Part shown: positions 1 to 14,419 of the stretch, one piece after another
Numbering within the stretch: position 1 is the first letter of the stretch
Layout of the letters: each line of letters starts with the position of its first letter
DNA from: Eledone cirrhosa
Lineage: Eukaryota
Reading direction: 5' to 3'
NCBI GenBank assembly: GCA_964016885.1
Contig: OZ024741.1
Coordinates: forward strand, 290,098,001 to 290,162,000
Length of the DNA: 64,000 bases
Program-made: the position numbers and the translations under genes
The notes under the pieces: generated by a model
Told to the model about the DNA's origin: nothing
The model's database searches: none
Seen by the model: the letters and a program-made list of their open reading frames with translations, nothing else

Positions 1-167
1 CACCTACACACATATTTTTCTTATCCTCCATTACATTACTTCAATAAATTCAACGAATAAAAGAATTAATCTTTGAATCTCGCTGCAGTGTGTCACTTAC
101 ACTCCACCATCATTACCACCAACTTTGTCCACCACTATCCCCATTACCACCAGCTTTCTCCATCACC

Positions 168-324
168 ATCATTACCACCAACAACACCAACATCACCTGT
201 ACTATTTTTCATCAGGGCCGCAATCACCACCAACTGCACCACCATCACCAACAGCACTACCACCACCGCCACTACCATTTATCACCAGGACGACTACCAC
301 CACAATTTATCACCACCACACCCT

Positions 325-399
<75 letters not shown>

Positions 400-450
400 C
401 TCCACCAACACCACCACCAACACCACCACCACTACTACTACTACTACTAG
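168..450. repeat. Compound trinucleotide microsatellite (CAC/TAC/TGC)
   Basis: Runs of (tac)n, (tgc)n and (cac)n; the overlapping ORFs are homopolymeric. Confidence 0.9.
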
Positions 451-1000
451 CTTTACAATTATAAACCCACCCCACAAACTTCATCTTAACTCTATTGACA
501 TCTCTCCTTTTTTTCTTTTCTCAACGTCTCTCCCTTATCCTCACACTCATGCTCTCCTTTATCTCCGCACTCATACTTTCCCTCATTCCCACATCAAGAT
601 TTCCTTTCTTTTCCCTACACTCACGCTCTCCCTCATCCGTAAACTCATGCACTTCCCCATTACCACACCATATTTACGCGTTTATATCCACATACTTTCT
701 TTCACTAACTTCCGCGTTCATCCTCTCACATATCCATATACTCATGCTCACCCTCATCTCCACACTCATATCTTTGCTTCTCTCTACATTCAATCTCTTC
801 CTCTTCCCCATACACATTCGTTCTAACAAACCTACAAACAGTTACCCATACATCTACTGTAGTCTCAATTTACAGAAGCCAGTTTTTTTTTTTACATCGT
901 ATGCGGCCCTTGCAAACAGCTCACTACCTGGCTGGCCGCCACCCTCTTCTCAACCTTTATCTCTTTTCAAAGATATCTCTTATGTAATTGTAGGCATGAC

Positions 1001-1069
<69 letters not shown>

Positions 1070-1140
1070 AACTTATGTGTATATATATTTATATATATGT
1101 GTGTAGGTGTATATATTTATATATATATATATTTTTTGTG

Positions 1141-1178
<38 letters not shown>

Positions 1179-1324
1179 ATAGTACGTATGTGGGTCTGCC
1201 TGTGTGTGTGCAAGTATATATTTTTTCTCAAGAAGCCGCCAAGTTTAGTGATTCAGGGATATATAATGTGATATAGCTTTTGATCTTCGTTTGTCAGTCG
1301 TGTGTATATATGGGTTTATAATTT

Positions 1325-1413
<89 letters not shown>

Positions 1414-1415
1414 GT

Positions 1416-1476
<61 letters not shown>

Positions 1477-1612
1477 CGTGCGTGTGTGTGTGTCTTCAAG
1501 CATATATCTGAATGTATGCCCATATCCATATGTGCATGTTTGTATTCACACACACAATCACAAACACATATATATACATAAATATGTGTGCATATATCAT
1601 TATTGTTATAGT

Positions 1613-2897
1613 TATCGGTAGAAGGGTCGGACGCCATGCTTTGCAGCAAAGTGTTACGGCCCTTTACGGTCTGAGTTCAAATACCGCCGAGGTTAACTTT
1701 GCCTTTCATCCATACGGGAGTCGATAGAATAAAGTACCAGTAATGTACTGAGATAATTGCTGGCCTTGTGCCTAAAGTAGAAACAATTATTGTTGTTTCT
1801 AGGGCGGTGGATTGGCAGTATCGGTAGAGGGTCGGACGCCATGCTTTGACGCATAGAGTTACGGCCCTTGCCATTCTGAGTTCAAATCCCGTCGAGGTTA
1901 ACTTTGCCTTTCATCCTAACGGGGGTTGATAAAATAAAGTACCAGTAATACACCGGGATAATTGCTGAAATTGTAGAAACAATTATTATTAACACAGGGC
2001 GGTCGATTGGCAGTATCAGTAGAGCGTCGGACGCCATGCTTTGCAGCACAGAGTTACAGCCCTTTATGATCTGAGTTCAAATCCCACCGAGGTTAACTTT
2101 GCCTTTCATCCTTACGGGGTCGATAAAATAAAGTACCAGTAATGTACTGGGTAATTTGCTGGCCTTGTGCCTAAAGTAGAAACAATTATTATTAACACAC
2201 ACAAGGGCGGTGGATTGGCAGTATCGGTAGAGGGTCGGACACCATACTTTGCAGCATAGAGTTATGGCCCATTGTGATCTAAGTTCAAATCCCGCCGAGG
2301 TTAACTTTGCTTTTCATCCTTACGGAGTCGATAAAATAAAGTACCAGTCATGCACTGTGGTCGATTTAATCGACTTTCCCCTCCCCCAAAATGTCTGGCT
2401 TTGTGCTTATATAAGAAACCATTATTAACACACACACACACATACATGCATGTTAATAATTGTTTCTACTTTTGGCACAAGGCCAGCAATTACCCAGTAC
2501 ATTACTGGTACTTCATTTTATCGACCCCGTAAGGATGAAAGGCAAAGTTAACCTTGGCGGGATTTGAACTCAGATCATAAAGGGCCGTAACTCTATGCTG
2601 CTTCTAATATAGGCACAAGGTCAGTAATTTGGCCTCCGCGGGATTTGAACTCAGACCGTAAAGAACCGTAGCTCTATGCTGCAAAGCCACCACCCTATTT
2701 TAATAATGATTGTTTCTACTTTTGCACAAGGTCAGCAATTACCCAGTGCAATACTGGTACTTTATTTTATCGACCCCGTAAGGATGAAAGGCAAAGTTAA
2801 CCTCGGCGGGATTTGAACTCAGAATGGCAAGGGCCATAACTCTATGCGTCAAAGCATGGCGTTCGACCCTCTACCATTACTGCCAATCCACCGCCCT
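1613..2897. mobile_element. Cluster of ~7 tRNA-derived SINE copies (4 on +, 1613-2427; ~3 on -, 2456-2897)
   Basis: ~190-bp unit with A-box TGGCAGTATCGG, B-box GAGTTCAAATCC, body GCCTTTCATCCTTACGGGGTCGATAAAATAAAGTACCAGT and an AATTATT tail; repeated throughout the window. Confidence 0.9.
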
Positions 2898-4153
2898 ATG
2901 TTAATAATAAGGATAATGCCAAATGCTATGCAGCAATTTCGATAGCGAAAGGAGTAATGAAGAAAGTACGAAAAACAAAAATAAAGACAGTGTAGCTGGA
3001 GAGGGAGGAAAATGAGGGGGGATGATGAGGGGAGCATGGTGAGGAAGAAGAGGAGGAGTATAAGAACTCCAATCATAAAAATTACAATAACTGCTATGAC
3101 AACAAAATTGTCGACAACAACAATATAATACAATGAGGAAAATAGTTAGTTTAAAGAAATAAAAAATACACATAACGGTGATAATTCCAACAAGTTCAAC
3201 AAACCCTTATCATTAAGATTAATAACAAAAGTAAAAATAAAAACAACAACAATATCATCATCATCATCAACATTAACAACAACAATAGCAGCAAGAACAA
3301 TTAAATAAAGGAGATGAATTTAAGAAAAAAACATATCTATGGTAAATTAAACATCGGTAAGAACAAAACCAACGACAATAGTGCAGAAACATATTATCGT
3401 CAGTGTTAACAAGAACAAGAAATGCAACAACAAATAATGCAAAACAGCAGGTGAGTTTTTTTCTAAGGACATTTAAAAAAAATGTAAGTGATAATAACTC
3501 GAACTAGAATATAAACAAAACCATCAACAATAATAACCACAATAAACAAAAATACATAATCAGTAAGATTATCAAATGGAATAACAAAATGTATGTAACA
3601 TAAAAAGCAACAAAACATACAAAGAATGTAAAAGAATATAACAAGAATAGCCATAACATCATCAACAGCAATGTTAATAATTAGAACGTCAGTACTGGAT
3701 AAAATTGAAATTTTTCCCATGAACTTTTAATTGAGTTAGAATACAACGTATATGTTTATGCCTCATATCTTGTTTTTCGTTTATATATATTTTTTGTGTC
3801 TTGTGTGTATATTGTTCATCTGTGCCTCTGTTCTACATGTAAGTGTATTCGAGTATATAACTATAACTATAGAGGTGTATATGTGCAAATGTATGTGGAT
3901 GTATGGGAATATTTTAGTGCGGCGTAAAATAATATAATGAAATGAGAAATATATATATATATATATACTGTCGCTTTTTTTTTCATTTTCATTATTCTCT
4001 GTTTTGCTTTTAATGACAGGATCCTCTATGTAAGATGTTCAGACAGTACAAACATATAGAAACATGCAGACATGTAAATGCTGCTGCATTGACACACGTG
4101 TATGTGTTTATGTATATAACATATATATATTCTTACATAAATATATATAAATG

Positions 4154-4336
<183 letters not shown>

Positions 4337-4380
4337 TATATACGTATTTATAATATACGTATTTATAATATACGTATATA

Positions 4381-4432
<52 letters not shown>

Positions 4433-4443
4433 CATATATATAC

Positions 4444-4545
<102 letters not shown>

Positions 4546-4583
4546 TATATACGTATTTATAATATACGTATTTATAATATACG

Positions 4584-4699
<116 letters not shown>

Positions 4700-4706
4700 C
4701 ATAAAT

Positions 4707-4747
<41 letters not shown>

Positions 4748-5134
4748 TTTATTTATATATATATATATGTGTGTGTGTATTTATGTTCGTGTGTGAGTAT
4801 ATGTGTGTATGAATGTACGAACGTATTTATTTATGCATGGGTTTATCTTTCGCGGTGCATGAATAAAAGATGTTAGTGCGTGTTTGTATAGTCAACACAG
4901 CGATGATGTCTCACTGAAATGATGTCATTGCTGAGGGTTGACATTCAATGAGGTTTTAGATGTGATAATTCATAAACATTGTAATGAAACAGTCGTAACT
5001 AAACTACACATACACATACATGAACACAAACACAAACGCATACACACACACATACACACTCAAAATGTGTATGAGCGTTAGTGTATGTGTGCGTGGTTTT
5101 GTTTATGAACCAGTCTAAAGACTTGGTAACACTC

Positions 5135-5184
<50 letters not shown>

Positions 5185-5239
5185 AAGTTTGTATGTCCGT
5201 GTGAATGTCCGTGTGAATGTGTATGTATATATGTATAAG

Positions 5240-5355
<116 letters not shown>

Positions 5356-5382
5356 AATATATATATATTTATATATATATAT

Positions 5383-5510
<128 letters not shown>

Positions 5511-7408
5511 CTGTGTGTGTCAGTTTGTGTGTTTCTGTGTGTGTGTGTGTTTCTGTATGTCAGTGTGTTTGTATGCGTGTGTCTCTGGTGCAAACGTATG
5601 CATATCATATTATTATTATTATTATTATTTAAATAATTATTTCATTTTTTTAAATTACCCAATATTCTGTTTTCACTCATTTTCGCTACACTTTTATTCT
5701 TGACCTCATTAACCCTTACTCCCTCTTATCATATCATACCCTATTAAAACTCTTGATGAAATGTTAGCTCTTCTAATAACAAAGCTGTTCTATTTCTCAG
5801 GGATTCACATTGATCCTATTTACACGTTCTTAGCATATTTACAATATTTCTTTTTAAATTTTGTTTCAATTCTCACGTTGCTTATACAGCAGAAAGATAA
5901 ACCGAGAATATTTTAAAAAATTGGTTTCAAATTGTAAATGCTGTGTAATAGAATACTTCCTCTCCATTACATTTAATAAATTAGTTTTAAACAGTTTTGT
6001 ATATCCAATTTAAATATAGATCGCTAGCAGTTATATTAATTCTGAAAAAAATCAAACCAAATCCGAAATGAGATTATTTAAATATATTATGCTATATGAG
6101 AGTGTGGGGTAGGCAGAATCTGCAGAGCATTGGATAAAGCGCCATGTCAATTTTCTCATTCATGTTTCAAGGGTCAACAAAATAAAGTAACAGTGAAGTT
6201 CCATGGCGAATATGGACTTGCCATTCCCCTCAAACTTTCATGCTTTGTGCCTAAATTAAAATCTATTATATGATCGGAGAGAGTCGCTAGGCTCTCATAT
6301 TGTTTGAGTTTGATTTGTAATTTATCAACACTTGCTGTTTAAGTTCTCGCTCGTAACTCAGTTGTATCTATGCTTCTTATTGTGCACTGGATTGGAGTAG
6401 TAGTCGGTCGTTCGATTTTTATTGTAGTCAGGTTACACTGAACGAACGTCGTCAATAAGAGATCGGAAAAGTTTGATGTACAATTTTAGCTTCATCAATC
6501 TAGGCTAGTACTGGGATGGATTTAATCAACTGTGCCCATCCCTCAAATTTGCCTAAATTAGAAAGGAATGTAGCCCAACGGCTATTGTAGCCAGACCACT
6601 AAAATATATAATGAATAATAAATAAATAAACAATTAAATAAGACAATGTTATCCAGGATATATGATTTCTGTTTGTGAGCCCTGAAATAGTTACCCCTGA
6701 GATTAAACATCCCAAATAAAAAGGTCGGCGTAGTTAATCACCTTGCTTGATATTCTCTCTTAAATCAAACATCATACAATTTTAAAATTTGAATATATAT
6801 CAGTCCATGAAATATAAATGTAACGTGATTTGTCACAGCTGGGGACCATTTGATCATAGTTAAGTTCGTTCAGGAATATCCTGGAGTTAAACAAAAACAA
6901 CAACAGCTGCGGATCATATCCCACACTTATGAACTTTTCTTATGTTTATGATGAAATCGAGTAAATATGTTCATATTTAGTTAAAATGTTGTCTTCATGT
7001 TTCCAAAATATGACGCCAGAAGTATCATATATATGACGCCAGAAGTATCCTTTTCTTTCAATATTTCATATCTGGCATCATTTTCTTAGTCTGAATAATT
7101 CCAATATGTTGCCAAATTCTGCTTAATCAAAATATCTCTAATCCAGTGCCGAAAGCTTGACATGAATATTTTTAATCTTGAGTTCTCCAGTTTTGTAATA
7201 AACATTTGATTAAGACAAGTCAAATCGAAATGTTCGGGTTTACATTTAAGACATTGGATATATTAAACGGAGGCTTAGAACACACAAATAGCTTCATATG
7301 TGGGTGGCATGAAGAGGCTTGTGTCTAAATATGTACCGAGTAACCGGGGTCACACACACATAATTAAGGATTTAATTAAGAATATTTTAAATTGCCACTT
7401 AAATTCTA

Positions 7409-7606
7409 CGAGGATCGGCTGGAAAGTTCATAGGCTGAGCAAGATACTCTCATGAAATGATCTAATGAGATTTATTTTTCAAAATAGTCCTTAGAATGAA
7501 AAAATGCAGTTATTAATAAGAAGAGTTGAGATTAATGCATGCAAGATTTCACGGCTCTAGCATCAATCCTTCATAACTAACATGTGAACGTTTCAGCCGA
7601 CTCTCG
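7409..7606. mobile_element. Tc1/mariner-type MITE
   Basis: TIRs CGAGGATCGGCTGGAAAGTTCA / TGAACGTTTCAGCCGACTCTCG flanked by TA; second copy at 8838-9011. Confidence 0.75.
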
Positions 7607-8078
7607 TAATTTTAACTATTTTCATTTATAAAGGGAATATTTTGAGATCAATGATTTCTTGTTAGTAGAGTTATTGTTGCTGCTGCTGCTCTAGCTGCTG
7701 CTGCTGCTGCTGCTGCTGCTGCTATAGCTCCTGCTGGATGTGTTGTTTAGCACCAGGTCAACCTTAGATGGACCTATACATTCAAAGATTTTCCCGCCAT
7801 GACTCACATTATTTCCTTGTATTTGTATCTCGGACTATAGTATCTAATGTGCAATTACTATTTAATGACAATTGTGATTATTAATTTTGCTGCTGATGTT
7901 GTTGGTGTTGTTATAGTTATTTTTTTATTGCAGTTATCATGGCTGGTGTTGGTGGCGTTGTCACTGTTGTTGCTGTTATCACTGTTGTTGTACTTAGCTG
8001 TATTGTTTTTGCTATCAAAGCTACTGAGATCAGTCTAAGTTAAAGTAGAAATTAAGTAATGAATAATAATTATAAAGT

Positions 8079-8228
8079 CCCATAGCTTAATGGATAAGGT
8101 GGTTGGCTAACGGTCGAAAGATAATAAGTTAGATCCCGACTGGCGTATTGGTTCCTTAAGCAAGATAATTTCTTTCATGTTGCTCCAGTCCATTCAGCTG
8201 GGAAATAATAGTTGTACCCGTAATTCAT
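8079..8228 (+). mobile_element. Decayed second SINE family (CORE-like)
   Basis: tRNA-like head (TAGCTTAATGG) followed by TCCTTAAGCAAGATAATTT...TTGCTCCAGTCCATTCAGCTG, which resembles a CORE domain. Confidence 0.45.
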
Positions 8229-8451
8229 TCTTGACTTGAACTCAGCTGGACAGCGACTGTTTCCCTGAAGCTCGGCCTCCGGAGCTTTGAGACTCATAAA
8301 TGCCGCTGTGGATCTACTGTGGATTTTTTTATAGTGCTGGCTACCTCCCACATTCCGTTATAGTGCAAGCCTCCTCCTACTTCATGCTGTTCTCAACGAA
8401 ACCATTAAGCATGGCACAGACGATGCAGGTTTCCCTTACCAGATCGAAACA

Positions 8452-8733
8452 GTGGGGCTTGGCAAACGAGGCGGTAAAAAGCTAGGCAGCATAACAACCT
8501 TCTCATTCCGCGGGAGTAGGCCTCTCGTCTGGGATGCTATATGCTGCAACACCTTCACCAACAACAACCTGATTGCTGCCCGCCAGACCAAAAAAGGCAA
8601 ACTATCAAAGTATCGGCCGCTCTCTTATAGGTTTGTTGTGGAGCCTGTGGCAGTGGAGACATCCAGCGTTCTCGCCCCCTCTCCAGACAACAACCCTACT
8701 CACATCTGTCAGGGCGGAGTTGGCTACCCCTAA
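8452..8733 (+). pseudogene. Restriction-like endonuclease fragment of a CRE-clade non-LTR retrotransposon
   Basis: Peptide GITTFSFRGSRPLVWDAICCNT...KLSKYRPLSYRFVVEPVAVETSSV resembles the CRE RLE pattern L.WD.TC...K..KY..L...F.P.AVET.G. Confidence 0.6.
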
Positions 8734-8837
8734 GTGCCCGCCGCACCAGGTGCAATGACTGTTCCAGTACGTCACCCACACCATCCAAAAGAATGGTGAG
8801 GGAGACGTGTTTGACACACCGGGACCACGAGGTCTAC

Positions 8838-9011
8838 GAAAGAGTGATGCTAAAGCTGTGAAATCTTGCATGCATTAATGTCAACTCTTCTTAACTGCAT
8901 TGTTACTTTTCAGGGACTTTGTTGCAAAATAAATCTGATTTGGCCATTTCATGGTTGTATCTTGGTCAGCCTATGAATGTTTCAGCCTATGAACATTTCA
9001 GCTGACTCTCG
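8838..9011 (-). mobile_element. Partial copy of the mariner-type MITE
   Basis: Reverse-complement similarity to 7409-7570; ends TTTCAGCTGACTCTCG-TA. Confidence 0.65.
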
Positions 9012-9148
9012 TACAATGTGCTTTCACATAGGAGCTATATTTCAGAGCTGATGAGAAAGGTAGCATTGTGGAATTAAATCGTGCTACATAGCTTTGTATA
9101 CAGTTGCAAGAGAAATTATAGCCATGCGAAATGCGACAGTTAATAAAT

Positions 9149-9475
9149 GGGCGGTCTGAGTTCGAAATCCCGTCGAGGTTGAATTTGCCTTTCATCCTTA
9201 AGCGATCGATAAAATAAAGTACCAGTAATGCGCTGGGGAAATAGCTGGCCTTGTGCCAAAAGTAGAAACAATTATATTAAGGGTGGTGGATTGGCAGTAT
9301 CGGTAGAGGGTCGGACGCCATGCTTTGCAGCAAAGAGTTACGGCCCTGTATGGTCTGAGTTCAAATCCCGCAGAGATTAGCTTTGCCTTTCATCCTTACG
9401 GGTTCGATAAAATAAAGTACCAGTAATACACTGGGATAATTGCTGGCCTTGTGCCAAAAGTAGAAACAATTATAT
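9149..9475 (+). mobile_element. Two tandem tRNA-SINE copies
   Basis: Same unit as 1802-1990. Confidence 0.85.
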
Positions 9476-9733
9476 TCAAGGTCCAATGTGGTCTAATGAA
9501 ATTGACTATAATTGGGAAGTGGGTACTGAGCACACAAAAAGTGGAATTTTCGAAAGGATTAGTTTAGCGTATTAACTGAAAATACTTAAATACTTAAATG
9601 TCACCTGTATGTACTAGATTATTTGTGATTGGGTAGCACCTAATAGCAGAAGTTATGTATATTTATCCACTTAAGGGACACAAAATCAACTGGGGTTAAT
9701 TACTCACACTTACGTATCTTTTGAAGTAACTGA

Positions 9734-9834
<101 letters not shown>

Positions 9835-9889
9835 TCTCTCTCTCTCTCTCTCTCTGTATATATATATATATATGTGTGTGTGTAAGTAC

Positions 9890-9985
<96 letters not shown>

Positions 9986-11083
9986 AGAGAGAGAGAGTGT
10001 GTGACAAAGATAAACATGTTTATATATGGCTATATATACATGTGTGTATGAATGTAACTAAAAACAATAAAGATAGAACAATATCAAATAGAGAAATAAA
10101 TAACTAGAATATAATATAGAAGAGTCAAAAAATTAATATGGCAATAAATATGAGATTGCTAGTAATTCTGAAGCAAGGACAGGAGGTAGGAAATAAAGAA
10201 TGATAATAATGAATGGTACATTATGCATGCATATACATAAATACATTCATATATATATGTGTGTGGGTGTGGGTGTGTGTGTATATATATAAATATATAT
10301 ATGTATATATAAATACATATATAAATAAATATATACATATATAAATATTTATAAATATATACTGCATATGTATATATATATATATATTCATATATAAATA
10401 TATATATTCATATATAAATATATATATTCATATATAAATATATATATATATATATATGACACATATATTATATATATAAGACATATATTATATATATATA
10501 TATACACATATATACAGAGTGAGAGAGAGGGAGGGAGACAAGACTAGACTAGAGACGGTGAGTTTCAAACGAGGAGGAATCCGAGGAGAGGAAATATGTG
10601 ATTTTAGCGGTTAAACATCAATAGGGCGAAACACAATTTGATTAACAATTTTCAGCCTAAACGTTTTGTCAATAAGAGATATGTATTTATGGTTTCGTAC
10701 GCACATATACATATCTACATAAATAAATACGTAAATGCATAGGTACATACATACATACATACAAACATACATACATACATACATACAAACATACATACAT
10801 ACAAGCATACATACATACATACATACAAACATACATAATTACGTACATACATATATACAAACTTATATACATACAAACATACATAGATATATAGAAACTT
10901 ATATACATATATAGAAACTTATATGCATAGAAACATACATAAATACAAACATACGTTCATGCATGCATACACTTGTATTGTGATATCTATGTTACTAGAT
11001 AATTCGACAGCTATGTTGAAACCCCATACGAATATATATACGTAAATTCTATCTAATGTACACATACACACATTCGCACGCAG

Positions 11084-11160
<77 letters not shown>

Positions 11161-11207
11161 CAGAGAAAGGGAGAGGGATATTTATACGTTAGACATGTAT
11201 ATGCATG

Positions 11208-11311
<104 letters not shown>

Positions 11312-11662
11312 GAGTGTATGCGTTTGTGTCAGTGTTTCAGGATGGGTAGATAAATAATTCCGAAGATAGAATTATGGTGCTGTTAAAAATGCGCGGAGGC
11401 TACTCGGTTCACGATACGATATAAAATGAATACTGAATCACAACAGTTGTGATTAAATATATATACGAAATATATATACGAAATTTCAATACATATCTGT
11501 ATACAGCTATACCTGAAGCTAAATCCTAATTCTATTCTATTATAAGTTGAGCCATCTTATGCGGCTTCATATGCAAATGAGATTAATCACCTCATTTACA
11601 CAGACGAGAAAACTATATATTCTCGACTGTTTTAAAGTCCAGCAGTTGCATGTGTGGGAGTG

Positions 11663-11706
11663 ATCGTCCGGATGAGGACCAGTTAAGTCCGAAATGCATC
11701 GACGAT
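11663..11706 (+). ncRNA. Minimal type I hammerhead ribozyme (U4G core variant)
   Basis: ATCGTC-CGGATGA-GGAC cagttaa GTCC-GAAA-TGCA-TC-GACGAT: 6-bp helix I, 4-bp helix II, palindromic ATGCAT helix III, AUC site. Confidence 0.75.
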
Positions 11707-12235
11707 TGTCCCCATTCTTTCTGCTGGACACCACCAGAGGGCGTTAGCCCCAGTGATTTTGCATATCTACAGCTTTCTAAATGTTTACCTGTAAACATAC
11801 CGTGTTTCTTTAGGAATACGAAATTTCTATACATATATAGATATATATTTCATATAAAGTGACAGTGATTCTTCCTCAACAAACATGAGTTCATTGGGTT
11901 GTGTGTGTTTGCTTAGTTCATAAACGTTCTTCGCCCCATCACATATATCAATATTTTCGTTTACATTTGGCATTATAGTTTTGCTTAATTCTCTGTTGCT
12001 CTTTCGCTTACATCTTTTAGGGAACAGCTTGCTCAAAACATTGGCAATAAGGGCTACATTAATCCGAAAACTGGACACCATTCCACTCTTCCCTCCCTAC
12101 AATTCTAGAGTAGGGAGCAGATATTAAGTAGCTTTGTGTTCGTGTACCCATAGCTTTTCAATAATGATGACAATGCTCTAGCATGATTATATCCCACCAC
12201 ACACATGGAACAGGGGAAGAGAGAATTTGTGTGAG

Positions 12236-12282
<47 letters not shown>

Positions 12283-12295
12283 ATATATATATATA

Positions 12296-12498
12296 TAGAA
12301 GTGGTAACACAACAGTTAGTTCACCATACCGAGAACAATTGTTTCACTATGAGGATCCTCAGCTCGTAATCCGCAAAGCTGAAACAATTGTTCTCGGTAT
12401 GGTGAACTAACTGTTGTGTAACCACTTCTACCTAACTCGTCCCATGGACTGAGTGTTCTACCACTACGGATATTACCTTCCAGTGTTCTGCCACTATA
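12296..12498. mobile_element. PLE pseudo-LTR fold-back remnant with an HHR on the - strand (12330-12366)
   Basis: 51-bp inverted arms 12296-12346 / 12380-12430; nearly identical to the termini of the PLE at 34135-35010; flanked by (TA)n. Confidence 0.8.
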
Positions 12499-12504
12499 TA
12501 TATA

Positions 12505-12616
<112 letters not shown>

Positions 12617-12669
12617 CATGTATCTTCAATACACATTTTTAAAGCGCTGGATGATGTGAAATTCTTTTA

Positions 12670-13574
12670 GTAATTTGGTCGGATAGTTCTTTCTGTTTTT
12701 GTAGACACTAAACCTCAGGGACCCTAATAAGTGGCTAAATTCAGTCTGTCCCATGCGCATGCACACTCGTTAGATACTTGACACTTCAACGTTATTCGTC
12801 GTGAACATGAGACGAGAAAGGTTGTTTTGTGTGTGTTTGAAATCACCCTGAAAATAGAGATACAATTCGATCATTATCAATGCTTCCTGAAAATGATGAA
12901 GATCTACAGAAAAATATGTTGTGTGTAAGGGGAGGATGCTGTTATGTAATGTATATGCCAGAAGTGGTTTTCAAGATTTCGATCGGGACATTTTTCGGGC
13001 CAAGATACACCTCGCTCTGACCGGCCAACTGAAATTGACTGCGATACTAAACTTCATTATACGAACATGGTGATCACAGATATACTCCAAATATACAAAT
13101 CGAGTGTCTAAAACCCTCTGCATCAATCTTTTAGTCCCATATCAATTGAATGAAGCTAGCCATGCCGAATTAATTTTCATATGTGATTTGTTGCAGAAAC
13201 GGGAATAAAATTACCTTTTTTTTAAAGATAATGGTGACAGGATACGAAAGATTGGTAGGACCTCATACGAAGAAGGTCAAGCTTTCAATTTGGCGCGATT
13301 GGAAGAATTTTGTCTTTTACGATTTTCTTCCAACGGAGAGATCAATCATTTCGGATGTGGACTGTGGCCAACTGGACACATTATATGCAGCGATCCTCCA
13401 AATGGGTCCGAGCACTTGATAATCATAAAGGCATTCAATATCATCATGGCATTATCAGACCGCACACTTCTTGGGAGCTGGCGAAACTGGAACGAAAGGG
13501 TAATCATGTAATTGAAAAAATCGTTTTATTTTTGCTTTAAAATAAAGCGAACGGGTGTTTTGGCCAACCCAATA
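12670..13574 (+). mobile_element. Decayed mariner transposon
   Basis: HTH remnant KICCV*GEDAV...CQKWFSRFRSG...DTPRSDRPTEID; right TIR TTGGCCAACCCAA-TA; left end approximate. Confidence 0.75.
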
Positions 13575-14243
13575 ACTACAAACACTTGTACATACGTACG
13601 TACGTACATACATAAATACATACATACTTACATACATACACGTATACACACATACATACACACATACCTAGCTACCTACCTACATAAATACATACATACA
13701 TAAATATATACATAAATACATACATACATACATACATACATACATACATACATACATACATACATACATACATACATACATACATACATACATACATACA
13801 TACATACATTACATTACATACATACATGAGTATGTGAATGTATGTGCGTATGAATATCTACATCCCCTGCATACATCGATATTTTCTAACTCACTGATCT
13901 GATAAAATCCGTTCGTTACAATAATTACAACACTTTCAATTATCCGCTAAACCAATAAATATTGCTTTTACTTTCACTCCTCGAACAAATATAATATACA
14001 GCAAAACCGCTTCACCACCAAAACTACCACCTCCATGAACAACACCACCACCACTCCTCCAACATCTCTATCACATCAACATCCACCACAAGCACCGCTG
14101 TCACTTCCGCTATCATCATCATCATTATCACCATTAATATGTAATAATACTTGATCAAACTCAATACTGTAAGTAATAACCCTGCTTATATTAATATTTT
14201 GTAACATAATGCTGCTAATAATGACAGTGATATTTAAAATTAA

Positions 14244-14400
14244 TAATTGTTTCTACTTTTGGCACAACGCCATCAGTTACCCAGTACATTACTGGTACTT
14301 TATTTTATCGACCCCCGTAAGGATGAAAGGCGAAGAATAATGGTTTCTAATAAAAGCGCAAGGCCAGCAATTTTGGGCAAGTGGACAGTCGATTTTTTAT
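14244..14400 (-). mobile_element. Partial tRNA-SINE copies
   Basis: Reverse complement of the SINE body and tail. Confidence 0.75.
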
Positions 14401-14419
14401 AGCCATATTTTCCACTTCA

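Noticed and set aside
1802-1900. tRNA genes
   Set aside because: The A/B boxes belong to SINE heads; no intact cloverleaf, and each is followed by SINE body
11827-12081. 84-aa minus-strand ORF
   Set aside because: No recognisable domain or splice structure
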